A DNA stretch of 63,544 nucleotides, counting the filler, from Choristocarpus tenellus KU-1152 (Eukaryota; Protista; Phaeophyceae): NCBI GenBank assembly GCA_964200185.2. It is 15 parts of 15 records of this genome, joined end to end, with 100 filler letters (N's around TTAATTAATTAA, not from the genome) between each part and the next. Parts side by side here need not be neighbours in the genome. Positions count along the whole stretch, not along the records: positions 47,298 to 52,953 come from CAXNAD020010116.1; positions 53,054 to 57,781 come from CAXNAD020013313.1; positions 57,882 to 60,669 come from CAXNAD020024755.1; positions 60,770 to 63,544 come from CAXNAD020024853.1; 11 more parts are not named here. One strand, given 5' to 3'. The notes beneath the pieces were generated by a model. The model made no database searches. It was not told the origin of the DNA and saw nothing but the letters and a program-made list of their open reading frames with translations. The translations under genes and the position numbers were made by a program. Shown one piece after another: positions 51,976-63,544 of this stretch; position 1 is the first letter of the stretch, and each line of letters begins with the position of its first letter.

Positions 51976-52667
51976 TTCACTTCTCCAGGGAGCAGAGAGT
52001 AACATAAATTGCCTCCAACCACCCCCCTTTGTTCTTTTCCCGCCAGGTAGTCTATGGATGAACAGAATGTCCGATCTAGAGATAATAACACCCAAGGAGC
52101 TTGGGGAGGGTTGAGATAGACTAACAAAATTCTAGTATTCCTTGGCAATATTTCACCTTCTGGAAAAAAAATTCAGATAGCATTATGTGCGGCATGATAC
52201 TACACAACAGAACGGCTAGAAAGTAGCTGTTTCAAAGGACATCAAACCACTCAATCAGCAGAGTTCATCACATGACAAACGATACCTCTTTGTCCACTGC
52301 TCATAGCAGAATGTTGTTTTTTGTTGACCTGATCACCAATCCCCAATGCTACTGCCGAAATGGAGGCAATTTGAGAACCTGAAAAGTGAATGGTCCTCCT
52401 GGTAACTCAACTACACGTATGCTCTGCTCAAATGGTCTATTCCATATGTTTGAATACTTTGATTTGTGCTTTGACTCTACTCTCATCACCATTCTTGATT
52501 TCTAACTCCTCTTGATGGGGTGACTTCTTGCCAACCATTTAACCAACGCAATGATTCCATGGAAAAGATATGGGGGCATGATATGGTCCTGGAGGAAAAG
52601 TCCAATGGGGGCTATGCACACCTGTTGGAATCGGGATTGAACTTGGTGAGAACGTTGGACAACAGAT

Positions 52668-52923
52668 GAGTGAAAGTATTTTAGAGGGTAAGAGTTTTGC
52701 CTTGTTTGTCTGTGTGGGGCTTGGCTTCCCACAGGTTTCTTATGACATTTTCCTACTCCAAAATGTTTGGGAGTAGGAAAATGTGTATGTTTTGAAAATG
52801 TGTGCCCGGAACAAGGATATTGACACTTCCTAACAAACACGATAGCCAAATTACATCAAAATCGCAACATTGGATTTTGGCCCCCAAGCAAACGTGGCTC
52901 TACCCTCTAAGATACTTTGACTC
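52668..52923 (-). mobile_element. MITE family A, full copy; a family B end follows at 52936-52953
   Basis: agat|GAGTGAAAGTATT...GATACTTTGACTC|aaat. Confidence 0.9.
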
Positions 52924-53099
52924 AAATAGTCAGCAGGCTCCAAGTATCTGGGGNNNNNNNNNNNNNNNNNNNNNNNNNNNNNNNNNNNNNNNNNNNNTTA
53001 ATTAATTAANNNNNNNNNNNNNNNNNNNNNNNNNNNNNNNNNNNNNNNNNNNNGGGGGAATGGAATGGTATGTTGAAGAACGTAGTACTAACAAGTACA

Positions 53100-54300
53100 G
53101 TCGCAAGGAACTAGGTGCGTGAAATGCTCTCCTTGGGGTAGGGGATACTGCAGGGTAGAGGGTATAGGCTGAGGACAAACTTTGTGTCAAGCAGATCGTG
53201 GTCATCATGGAAATCTTAGCCATGTCCAATTTTCCACCCTGTGGTCAGCGTTTCTTGAGGTGGATGAATGAACTGCAGCCTCCCTGGCGGTAGGTAGGTG
53301 AGGGATCAGGGCACGGCAGGACAGGGCGGCTGCACCGGAGTGTATTCTTGGCACTTTTAGTATGAGTAGAAGGGTAGTCTACTCATGACAAGCCATCGAA
53401 TGGCACGACAGATACATGTGATAGAAGGTATTCAACTGTTCCATCATCAACAACCAATGTTTGAGGCTGGTCAGGTGGAGAGGTGAAAGAGGATGTGTTG
53501 GGGTTCATCCAGTTAGTACGGGAAATCATGAGCTTGGAATGGCGGGAAGGAAGAGCATGCCTTGAAGGAACACAATTTGGTTTAGGAAATGGGGGGAGGA
53601 AGGTAAACATTGTTGACTTGTTCGGCAAGCAGGGTGTAGGAAATGATTGCTTGGGAGCGGTGGGCAACGCACAAGTAGCAGGGTCTTGTTCACAACGATT
53701 CTTTCCCCTCTCCTTTCTTGATAATGAGGTGGCCACTGCATATATATTGTGGTGGTTATGTATTATTGGAACAAGGATTGTGGACAAGGTCAAGACTTTG
53801 AGCGCCTACTGCTCATTGACACATAATAGGGCAATGGTTGAGATGTAGCAGGTAATATGTACTGAGGGTTCAAGATTAGGGCGGAGAATAGTTATGCTAG
53901 TGGGGACTAGTATAGGTGAACAGAGATTTTCCTTCCCTTCCCCATTAGTGTATTTTATTTGGATATTTTTTGCTTCCACTGATACATGTAGAGAATAGCG
54001 TGGTATATATGGTTGGTTGGTGTAGAGTAAATTGTGTGAAGCATAGGTGAGGACAAGGCCGACATGATGAAATGCCTAGCTGCTGCCTAGACTGAAGAGG
54101 GCTACAGGCAATAGCTGGAAAGTCGGAATTGGTTTCTTGTGAGGGCGTAATATGTGTGTATGAGGTAGGGAGTGAGCAGCAGACCTGTGACTCGGCAAGC
54201 TGCCGTATTAGAAAACGGGACCTCCGTTCTCCTCTCCTTACGCAGTCTAATAGCACTCTTTCATTGGAGCGATGCTGAATTATTACTGGGCGAATTCTCT
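53100..54300 (-). mobile_element. Probable degenerate LINE reverse transcriptase
   Basis: 'LVVDDGTVEYL' (thumb-region-like) and other disrupted fragments; weak. Confidence 0.4.
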
Positions 54301-56314
54301 GATATACAACCGCAGATCCCCCTCATTGAATCCATGTTATGGAGCAGATTAGGGGATGTATAGCATCAGAAGCCTTGTGTGTGATTGCTGTCAAGTACTG
54401 TTGTTCTGAAAACTCACGGTGTATGTGCTCTTTGGTCTGTTATGCTAGCGTGTGTGGTGAGCTACAGGGTGCACCTCTTCCTTTTTGAGGATGGTCTTTT
54501 TCTTTTCCGGTTTGAAAGCACGATTGGGGTGTTGTACACTGTGCATCTTGGCAGATTAGGGTAGTGGTGCTTTGCAGCACTGCGACCTCATGCCATTTTT
54601 TGGCTGGGTGCAAGGCTTTGGGAGAACAAGAGAACAGTTGGTGAGATGCGCCCTTACACAAATTACCCTCACCACCTCCCGCGAGTGAGGTTGGGTCGAG
54701 GAATGGTTACTTTTGAGTGTTTTTTTCATGAGGATTACTGTTGATAATTTGACTGTGGAAAGTTTGTTTGAGTCAACATTTGGACGCTGCCTACTCCAGA
54801 TGGCTGAACTCTCTAGGGGGTTCCTGACAGTTGCAAGTCGGTTATTTGTTCATTTGGACCTGGAGTGTCATACGCACTTTAACCTGCCGATCCAGTGGTG
54901 GTATTAGTTTTGATGCATGGTTTTTTCAACCATTATTATGATCACGAGAACAAATGGAATTGTGTTTGGGTGTTCATGTTGCCTATGCTTGCTAGACCTG
55001 CAACCAATACATACATTGTAGACTGGAGTGCAGCATGCAGCAGAGATATTTGGTTGCGACTTATCCTGCAGTGGCTTTTTACATTTTGTGCTGGTGATAA
55101 ATTTGTTTTAACCTTTTTTAGGCTGTGGCAAGTTGTGTTGACATGGACTTCAACATGTCCTACAAAGTCGACGTGTGGCAACTGCTACTACTACTGTCCA
55201 TTTTATTATAGGTTTTGATTATTGCTTTTTTAGCGTTACACTATATTGCTCACCGTGGCTTCACCAGGCAAAGACTTGATGCTTGCTTTAGGGACAACTT
55301 TCTTTCTTCAATGCAAGAGCCCAGGTAATATTCATTTGTGTATGATTTCTGGAAAGAAAATAAATTTCATTGCTACCACTGTTACCAAAAAATCTTTCTC
55401 AAGATAGAAAATTATTTTATCACAATACACCACTTCTGTAGGGCAGCCAATGTTATGTTTGGATAAAGCAACGATTTGATCGGAAAAAAAACATAACCAT
55501 CACATGCTCCTATTTTTTAATATATCTTAGTACAACCTGGTTTATAGGTACTCCGGAGCACATGAGCTCCACGCCAAAAATAATGGGAAAATCAAAAGCC
55601 AATCTCCTGTCTTATTTGCCAAATTCAGAGTGCGTTGCGATTTCTCGGCAACCAGTCCTTTGTCAACAGTAGTGATACACCACGCCTAATAAATCTCATT
55701 GGTGCTGAATAAAAAAGTAAGGTTGTGTGTATGTGTGTATGCCCTCTTTTCTACTAGCTCACTCATTTATTGCTGCTGTTAGTTATTTGCCACTTCAGCT
55801 TGCCTCACTTTTTATGCCCATGTGCTTGCTATTATATCTGCCACATATTGTACGCTCCATTGAAGTACTAATAGATGGCCATGAGGTATCAATTACTATA
55901 TTTTACACTATGATAGCACAACAGGAACAGTATTGTTGTTACCAACAATTATATCAATACCCCACTACTATCAAAAATACTTTTAGTAGTAGTAGAAGTG
56001 GTAGTAGTAGTTGTTGGAGCTGATCACACGTCGGACAAATCATGATTCAACAAATATGTGTACAAATATATGTGGAAATGTACAAATCATATTTACCCAG
56101 GGATCTTGTGCTGCAAATAATGCGTTGAGAGCGTAACTCAATGTTGAGGAATGATGGATAACCCCAAGTTGTCGATATATCCTTTCTGGTTACCACATAC
56201 AGTGATTTGTAGGTATCACTCACGATTTATCAGCATGTGTAAGTGATTTGTCCCTATGTGTCAAGAGAAGATAATTGTGTGTTGGTGATCTGTCCCTGTC
56301 TCTTATCTTTATTT

Positions 56315-56495
56315 ATAAATCCTACGTTGTGATTTAACAGGACAGAAAATCGCGTACAAATCCTATGTTGTTATTTAGGAGGAAATATAACATTGTACAA
56401 ATTTCCTGTAGTGATTTGGTAGGACGGAACAATCGTGTACAAATCTTACGTTGTGATTATATAGGAAAGAACAATTGTGAGTACAAATCCTATAC
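56315..56495. repeat. Degenerate ~41-bp minisatellite anchored on TACAAAT (4-5 units)
   Basis: Variants of tacaaatcctacgttgtgatttaacaggacagaaaatcgcg. Confidence 0.8.
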
Positions 56496-57671
56496 CGTTC
56501 AAATTTAATTTGTAGAAGGATGCACAAATATTAGGATACTTGTTTCTCTCGTTGTTTTTCACATTTGTGATATATTTCATTTCTTTAGGGCTATTACTGA
56601 CATGTAAATAGTTCTCATTGGTTTTCCCCTGGACGCATCTGCAAAATGTTAGAGGGCATAATAATAAAATATATAATATACAAATCGTTGTGGTACCACT
56701 CCCCCATCTATGAAAACCTGTACAAATATTTGTCATACCATTCCCATGTCTATGAAACATATGCAAATATTTTAATTTTTTATTCCCTCTGAAATTTTGC
56801 AGATGAGTCAGGGGAAAAACCGATAAAAAGCCAATTCAATATCAGAACAACCCTCAAAAAGTAGCAGTTTGTCGTAAATGTAAAATATATTTTTCTATCA
56901 TCTACTCCGTATTTACTATTTCAGTACCAGCTATGCTACACCACTCCCCTCCTATGCCTCCAACCTAGCTTATCCCTATACCGCAGGGTGAGGACCTAGG
57001 CAAGCATCCCGAGAATCTGGCAGGCCCCTCCTTGGTGTTCCAGCTTAAAACGCATGACACGTCTTGATAGAGCCACTTGTGTTGTGACAGACATTATCTG
57101 TCGTAAACGGGATTTGACGGCTCCTTTCCTGCTGTAGCCTCCCACCCCTCTCCCCCAGACCACGAGTGTAGCCAACTCATCCAGAAAACTTTCTGCTTGC
57201 TTACCGAGCTGCAAGAACTTTCCACCGCAAATATCTGTACGTACCACTCTCCTATGTGCGAAAATGTACAAATGGTTCCCTGATATAAATACATTGATTC
57301 GAATCCCTCCACAGTGATTTGGCCTTCTAAACACAAGTTGAACAGTGTGTTGATTTGTCAACATTTCATGTTGTTGTCGGAAGATTTATCACACACCACT
57401 CTCAGAAACATGAATTGATTACATTATTCGGATCAGCCAATAAACAGGGCAACTCCTAAATCTTTGGTTTGTGAGGATGCCCCCTAATGTTCGTAACTCC
57501 CATATATTGCAGGATGCTACTGAGTTGTCGGAAGTTAATTTATACACCATAAATCGGATTTTATTTGTCCGACAGGTGGAGGCGATCAAAAAATTGCTGT
57601 ATGATCCAATATTATTGTTAGCTGTCGTAGTGGTAGCAAATTATGTTCCTAGGATTAGGGGTAGGTCCTGA

Positions 57672-57697
57672 CCCTAACCCTAACCCTAACCCTAACC
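57672..57697. repeat. Interstitial (CCCTAA)4
   Basis: Direct reading. Confidence 0.9.
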
Positions 57698-57711
57698 TTG
57701 AAGTACTATTA

Positions 57712-57781
57712 GGCTCAAAGTATCTGGGAGGGGGTGGCGGCTGTCCAGTTGGAGTCAATTTTTTCATATCACGATTTTTGG
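57712..57781 (-). mobile_element. MITE family B end at contig break
   Basis: GGCTCAAAGTATCT-17 bp-GTCCAGTTGG. Confidence 0.88.
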
Positions 57782-57882
57782 NNNNNNNNNNNNNNNNNNN
57801 NNNNNNNNNNNNNNNNNNNNNNNNNTTAATTAATTAANNNNNNNNNNNNNNNNNNNNNNNNNNNNNNNNNNNNNNNNNNNNC

Positions 57883-58059
57883 CCAACGTATCTGGGGGGG
57901 GGGAGGGGGTCTGCACCAGGGTGTCCATTTGGGTCATAACCAGGAAAAGTGCACTTACATTATCCATCCAACGTATGCAATCAAAAACCCAAAAAATCGC
58001 AAGATGAAAAAATTGGCCCCAAATGGACAGCCGCCATTCCCTCTCAGATACTTTGAGTC
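57883..58059 (+). mobile_element. MITE family B, near-full copy at contig start
   Basis: ..GTATCTG(n)..GTCCATTTGGG...CAGATACTTTGAGTC. Confidence 0.88.
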
Positions 58060-58249
58060 AAGAGAATCAACTCACAGACCTTGCTTCCATGTTTGTTCAA
58101 GTAGAGTAGATAATTTCTTTGACTCATCGTTGTCCAACCTCTCACTATGAAAAAAATCATCAGGTTATACTGACAGGAGGTGGATGATAGGCTAGGGCAG
58201 AGTTGAGTAGCAGACTTGAGTAAGAACAAAACAAAGAATGCAGAAGAGA

Positions 58250-59700
58250 GAGGGAAACCAAAAGTAGAGGATAGGGAACTGTTACCTGCTTAAAATGGCG
58301 TTGTAGAGTGAGCCGATGTTCTTTGCTGACAATAACTTAGCCAGGAGTGTACGTAAATCAAACCCATACCTTGCAGACCATTCCAGGGCCCTTAGAAGGG
58401 TGCGCAAATAAAGGGCTGATCCTGTTGCTTCACTGCAAGACATTGATTATAGAGGCAAAGATAGTGGGGAAAGGAGAAGCAGGTTAAGTAGGAAGTAGAT
58501 ATATAGGTATCATGGCATAGAATCAATTGAGTGAACGTCATGTGGTGGAGTAGGTACTTGTGTGGGGCGATGGACAAGGCCAAAAGAGAAGGTCAGAACT
58601 CCAACATCTTGAACTAGAGGGCATAGGTTACACTTTCAAATCTATGGGGCAGTGGTACCCTGAAAAGAGCATGGAGAACTTGAACATCTTGGTGCTGAAT
58701 TCGTTTTATTTTTTGTAAAGTTTTGCAACTAAGAACATCTTTGAATCAGTATGATTTGGTGCTTCAAGAGAATCTGCACCATAGTAGCATTGAGTTCAGG
58801 ACAGGTTGGAGGGGAATGAAAGTCCTTGTAATAGTTTGGACAACACAATGTGGTACATAAGTCATGTATATATTTAAATCATTGCAAGCTAGGTCACTGC
58901 ATGCAAGCATCAGATCAAGAATCCTGTGTGCAATCTGAATTTTTCACTTGATTAGGAGCCGACAGTATCTGAGGTATTGGAGGAAAAAATGTTGTGAACA
59001 AAACGACAAGCTCAAAAATAGTGAGGCTTCTTGCATCACATCCTGTGTCCTCCAAAGCGTACAATCTTTAGCAATGCACCTCTCATATACTCCTTTCCAA
59101 CTTTCATATGCTTGATCTAGCTCGAGGAAGTCCACTAGAATAAGGATGCTAATACGACACAACGTAGGTCCCCACTTTTATCAACTTGGTCACCACTTAG
59201 TCACAAAGTATGCTATACATATCCCTCATGCTGATGGCAACGGGTTCCTGTGATCACATCACCCGATTAAGTTCTCACCTATTGACAATATCATCCACCA
59301 TGGAGGGAAAGAGCATAAGACCATGATACCTGCTAGAATTTAAATGCCTCTGAAAGTCCACCCGGGGATTGTTCCCATCTGCTGTTGATGTGCAAGTTCC
59401 ACCCTCCTCTTCAATGGGCATTAACCCAGTGAGAAACGTCTCGTCATTCTCTGGCCCTTGACATTTTCTAGCAGATGAACAGGAATGATCACAAGGTGCC
59501 ACTCCACACCTTCCTGGTCCTCGTCTCCCCTTTGGGTCCCAGCTTGACTCCTCCAACTCTCCAGATGAGTCTTCGAGAAACGCCTCCACAATATCTCTCT
59601 TTCTCCAATCTTCCAGCAGGCCCACACACAGGGTTGGCCATTTTCGACAGTGCAGCTCTGTGAGAACCTGAAGGGAGAGTGGGTGTGCCCATTGATTACT
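58250..59700 (-). mobile_element. Degenerate LINE reverse transcriptase
   Basis: Ordered RT motifs: KGRRGPGRCGV (KAPGxDG-like), RYHGLML (YRGISL-like), LELDQAYES (DxxKAYD-like), VKQ.GS, LLSAKNI (FADD region). Confidence 0.55.
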
Positions 59701-60570
59701 TGCAGCTTTTGTATAACTACTTATCACTTGTTAGTGGAATAAAGGTGATGTATCGATTGATAAGAAAGCTCATTACCGCGGGATTGGGGACTCCTGTCAA
59801 TTGTTACTACTGGAGGTCCCCAAACCTGGTCAAGTGCCTTGGCTCATGACAAATGAGGTACATCAACTGGTGCAAGTTTCCTCTCGATCTCCTAATGAAT
59901 TGGCTGGAACTGCTTCAAACTTAAAAGCCCCTTTCTTGCTAGAAGAAAGGATGCCACCGCCCCTTTTTATGCTTTGATTGAGGTTAAGATATCAGGCTGT
60001 GAGGAGAGCACGACCTTATGGCTGTTTCTTGAAAGAAATAATGACCTCCACGGTTCAATCTCTTCCCATCAAAAGGCATGGACACAGCACTCAGGTACAG
60101 TTAGCCCTTGGAAGTTTGTGCGATGTCAACTGGCTATTTAAGCCTAATGCATGCACATGTGCCCCTGGGCTAGACTGCTTCCAATGGCCTTCAAACAACA
60201 GACTCCTGATAAACACGAAGTACACAGGTTCAGGTTGAAGTAATCACAAAGAAAAAAAGTACAGGCTGCACAGACATCTATTCTGATATGCAACTATTAT
60301 CGCCTTGACAAGGAGCTGCTGATATTTGTTGGAAGGCAGCCCTCACTCCAACAACCAAGTGTTAAAATTGGTACATCAATACACCTCTCAGTCCTCTTTT
60401 AAATTGCATTTACGTTTAGATATTCTATTTAAGCCCTTAGGTTTACCCTCCAGAGGGTCTTAGTCTTTGTGTTGCTGACAAGGTTTTCCGTGGCACACAT
60501 AGTGCCTCTGTCAAAGTTCTGTAGTGTGTCGTACCTCAACTTATTTAGTTTCTTCACTCCTCTAACTATT

Positions 60571-60596
60571 GGCTCAAAGTATCTGGGGGGGGGAGG
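60571..60596 (-). mobile_element. Isolated MITE family B end
   Basis: GGCTCAAAGTATCTGGGGGGGG. Confidence 0.7.
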
Positions 60597-60826
60597 TGAT
60601 TGAATGCAAGCACAGCAAGAGTTAGTGGATGTTCTTGTGTGGGGTGGAAGCCGCTGCTCTTCCTGTGTGNNNNNNNNNNNNNNNNNNNNNNNNNNNNNNN
60701 NNNNNNNNNNNNNTTAATTAATTAANNNNNNNNNNNNNNNNNNNNNNNNNNNNNNNNNNNNNNNNNNNNCCGCCGCTCCTGGCCCCCCCCCCCCCCCTCG
60801 GCGCGGCCCCCCCCCACACCCACCCC

Positions 60827-60865
<39 letters not shown>

Positions 60866-60933
60866 CCCTTCTCCTCCTTCCGGACAAAAAGAACACCACC
60901 TTGCTCAGGCAGTATAGCTATCAACAGTCTCAC

Positions 60934-61136
60934 CGGCAGAAGCCGTTGTCGGTGCTATTGAAGCCCAGCTTGGGCCCAATGTCGCCCAAAGTGATCCCGT
61001 GAAGGGGTGTGTGGTCAGTCATGCTCCTGAGCTGCACAAAGAACGGGTGCACTCCACGATTCTTTCCATCTCCTGTAACAAGCTGAGCCATGAGGATGCA
61101 ATGGGTCGCAGTCTTGCCCAGACCTCCAGGCCACCA
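60934..61136 (-). CDS. ACOX: Peroxisomal acyl-CoA oxidase, exon
   Basis: TAG|WWPGGLGKTATHCILMAQL..GVHPFFVQLRSMTDHTPLHGITLGDIGPKLGFNSTDNGF|GT. Confidence 0.95.
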
Positions 61137-61699
61137 CTAAAGAAAAAGACGCGTGGACGGAAAGATGTGTATGTGTGTGTCTGTTTCAGCTAACTGTTGT
61201 GCGTTGTTTTCAAACAGTTTCTGGTTCTTGGTGTGGGGTGAAATGTATTTATTTGTGTGCGTCCATGCTTGAAACGGAATGGAGGCGGTAGACGATGGGA
61301 GAGGGTGGACTTGCAACATGTTCCCGTGTCCGGTTAGTCTGATTTCTTGCAGTATGTTGTGGAGCGCGGGTGCATTGCTCAATCGCTGCTATCGTTGTTG
61401 TTGTCAAAGGAATATCAAATAGCAGGAACATCCAGATATCACTACAACACCACTTAGTGGTCCGGACATCAACACAGCACATGCCGTATGCCTGGTACAG
61501 TACCACTCTGGAATTACAGTACCACTCTGGAACTAAACACAAACAGGACTGGGACTGAGGGAGACTACAGAAGATAAAAAGCGCTACAAACATGTCTCAC
61601 CCTCTCAAGTACGTGAGCAGCTCACCAAAGGACAAAAGGAGACCAGAGGGTCGTCAGAGTGTCATCGCAGACAAAAGAGTATCATTTGCTTTCACTCTC

Positions 61700-61762
61700 A
61701 ATATTAAATAGAATATTAAATAGAACGATAAATAGAATGTTAAATAGAATGTTAAATAGAAT
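61700..61762. repeat. 12-bp tandem repeat x5 (aatattaaatag)
   Basis: Direct reading; intronic. Confidence 0.9.
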
Positions 61763-62503
61763 GGGAATAGTAGAGCAAAAAGAAATGCACCACCACATAG
61801 GCAAACCTTTCTGACAGACGCAAATGATTGCTGTCTGTCTGCTCAGACACCTGTCTCCAGTAAAGCTACGAGCCAATCAGCAGGGACTTGAAAAAAAACA
61901 CACTTTCAATCCAAAAGCTATCTCCGGTGATCATCCCATCAAATAGAATTGGGCTTCTTCCCCTTCTAAATTTTAAACCTCCAGCAACAGTACTAGTAAT
62001 GAAAATAACGATTCCGAAATTTCAACGATGGAGGGTCGAGCCGACCTTTTAGACATTAGGCAAGTTCATATCCAATACCATCTCTTCATGTGTGGGGCTT
62101 TGTGGGCACTGTCCAACATTTTATTTGTAACGCCTTCAACTTCTCCAGAAGAGCCCGTAAGGGAATGAAAACATCCTCACGCACTCTGTTAGGATCACCC
62201 GTAGGAGGTGAGCAAAGAAACGTCATATAATTTATATGGGGAAAAAAACACGGAACCATGGAGCGGCTGCAGAATCAACAAAGCTAATCTCAATGTTGTA
62301 GCACCCGTTTTCGAGAGTTGGGGGGAGTCAGAAGGGGTGGAGAGGCAGAAGGGGTGGGGGGAGGAAGGAATAAGGCAACAAAGCGTAGTACTCTCTCCCA
62401 ATCCTACCACCCAGCAGTATCCTTAGAGGACCTATGTTGTATATGCGCAGGATTCAGCTTGCAGAATGGGTCAGCCTGTTTTTTCATTTCCCACTTTTCC
62501 TAC

Positions 62504-62551
62504 CTTGGTGCTGGTGAGGGTCGGACTGTGCAACACAAATTCTTGGGCCTC
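62504..62551 (-). CDS. ACOX: Acyl-CoA oxidase 48-nt exon
   Basis: TTTTCAG|EAQEFVLHSPTLTSTK|GTAGG fills the conserved EF..HSPT..STKWWPG motif. Confidence 0.9.
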
Positions 62552-63115
62552 CTGAAAATGCCAAAAAGGGGTCAGGTTTTGTGGGGAAGGGCAGGGGATC
62601 AGATATATTTCCAGGACTCAGGGCCAAATGAGTTCCAGCAGTAGCAGTATTTGTTACATTCAAACATCCAGTTTCTTACATAGCCTGTTTTACCTCCACA
62701 TCACATCAACACCCACCAGGGACCAAGAGCCAGGGGTGGATGGCAGGGGGTAAATGTTCACATAATCAACTCACTGTTCTTCTCTGGAAAGGGGCATGAC
62801 AAACTGTATCCAGCTTGCCAGTGAAACAGGATAATCAAATAATGTGGGTGCTGGTGATGGATTGCCTCCAACAATAATCTAACCTACATTTACAAAAACC
62901 CCAAAACCCATAAACACATCAAATAATCCACCTCTCCTTGAACCTCCCTCAGTCCCCACTTGTCCCCCCTTGCCCTGACTCAAACCTCCCCCTCCTCCCC
63001 TCAGCCTTCCCCAAGTCCCTTCTGCAAATAGTCCTCCATTGCCATCCCCCCGCCCCCTCTCTCCTCTCCCCCCTATTTCAACAGAAGTATCCTTAGCTCG
63101 CCCATCAATACCTGC

Positions 63116-63334
63116 CTGGTCAAATGTCGCAGTGGTCTCAATTCCCCTGACATTTGAGCCATGGCCTAACTCCGTTTGAACATATGCTCCCAAAATCTGG
63201 AAGGAAGTGGCCAAGGGAAGCCAATTGGCACGCTGCTCTGGGGATGTCTGGTATTGAAGAGTCGGTATGACCATGGCCATATGGACATCAGTAGGCAGCA
63301 CCTCATCGATGGCAGTGTAGGCCCAGCGGATATC
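63116..63334 (-). CDS. ACOX: Acyl-CoA oxidase exon (GC donor)
   Basis: DVHMAMVIPTL..EQRANWLP..ILGAYVQTELGHGSNVRGIETTATFDQ. Confidence 0.95.
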
Positions 63335-63544
63335 CTGCTCCACCCAACCCAAACAATAACATTGTCAGCCAATCCCCCACCAGCCCAGGAGAGGCAGGTA
63401 ATATATATATATATATATTTGGTCATAAAATGGAAGAAACAAACGATGAAAGCAGAAGTGACAGGGGGGAGGGAGGAACAAAGTGCAGGAGGTCATGGAG
63501 GGGGGGGGGGGGGGGCCAAAGGGTGGTGGCAAGGTGGCGGGGGG

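Noticed and set aside
15154-52923. Transib/RAG assignment of MITE families A/B
   Set aside because: The termini start with G rather than CAC, and the TSDs are 3-4 bp rather than 5 bp; only the spacer logic is analogous
56315-56495. CRISPR-like array
   Set aside because: The units are degenerate along their whole length, with no identical repeat plus unique spacer, no cas genes and a eukaryotic context
9383-60769. Regularly recurring TTAATTAATTAA motif
   Set aside because: Artificial linker inside N runs; ORFs ending XXX-LIN are artefacts
60714-60933. Gly-rich and Pro-rich ORFs (also 20736-20960)
   Set aside because: Translations of poly-G/C tracts

Overview
This is eukaryotic nuclear DNA, not one continuous locus. 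It consists of 15 short contigs joined by 14 artificial 100-bp linkers (N44-TTAATTAATTAA-N44), so adjacency across a linker cannot be trusted. Intron-rich GC-rich exons, interstitial (CCCTAA)n and the gene content suggest a stramenopile, probably a brown alga or a relative (inference only). Host genes seen as partial exon sets are a PPP-family Ser/Thr phosphatase, an exportin-6-like protein, a C-type-lectin-domain protein, an LRR/LRRcap protein and a peroxisomal acyl-CoA oxidase. Most of the rest is transposon debris: Copia, Gypsy, LINE, piggyBac, a DD39D mariner with Stowaway MITEs, and a tRNA-derived SINE. The strongest candidates for novelty are three. (1) Two very abundant related MITE families (about 22 copies or ends) whose ends are bipartite and asymmetric: AAAGTATCT-spacer-GTCCATTTGGG with spacers of 16/26 or 17/27 bp, one helical turn apart, and mixed 3/4-bp target duplications. 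(2) A multicopy element carrying a ParB/Srx-like domain ORF plus an NLS/acidic-tail ORF, followed by a long hairpin and a TA|CAGT-type terminal inverted repeat. (3) An intronless, AT-rich, bacterial (Rickettsiales-like) rpe pseudogene in host DNA. All protein assignments come from motif recognition by eye; no searches were run.
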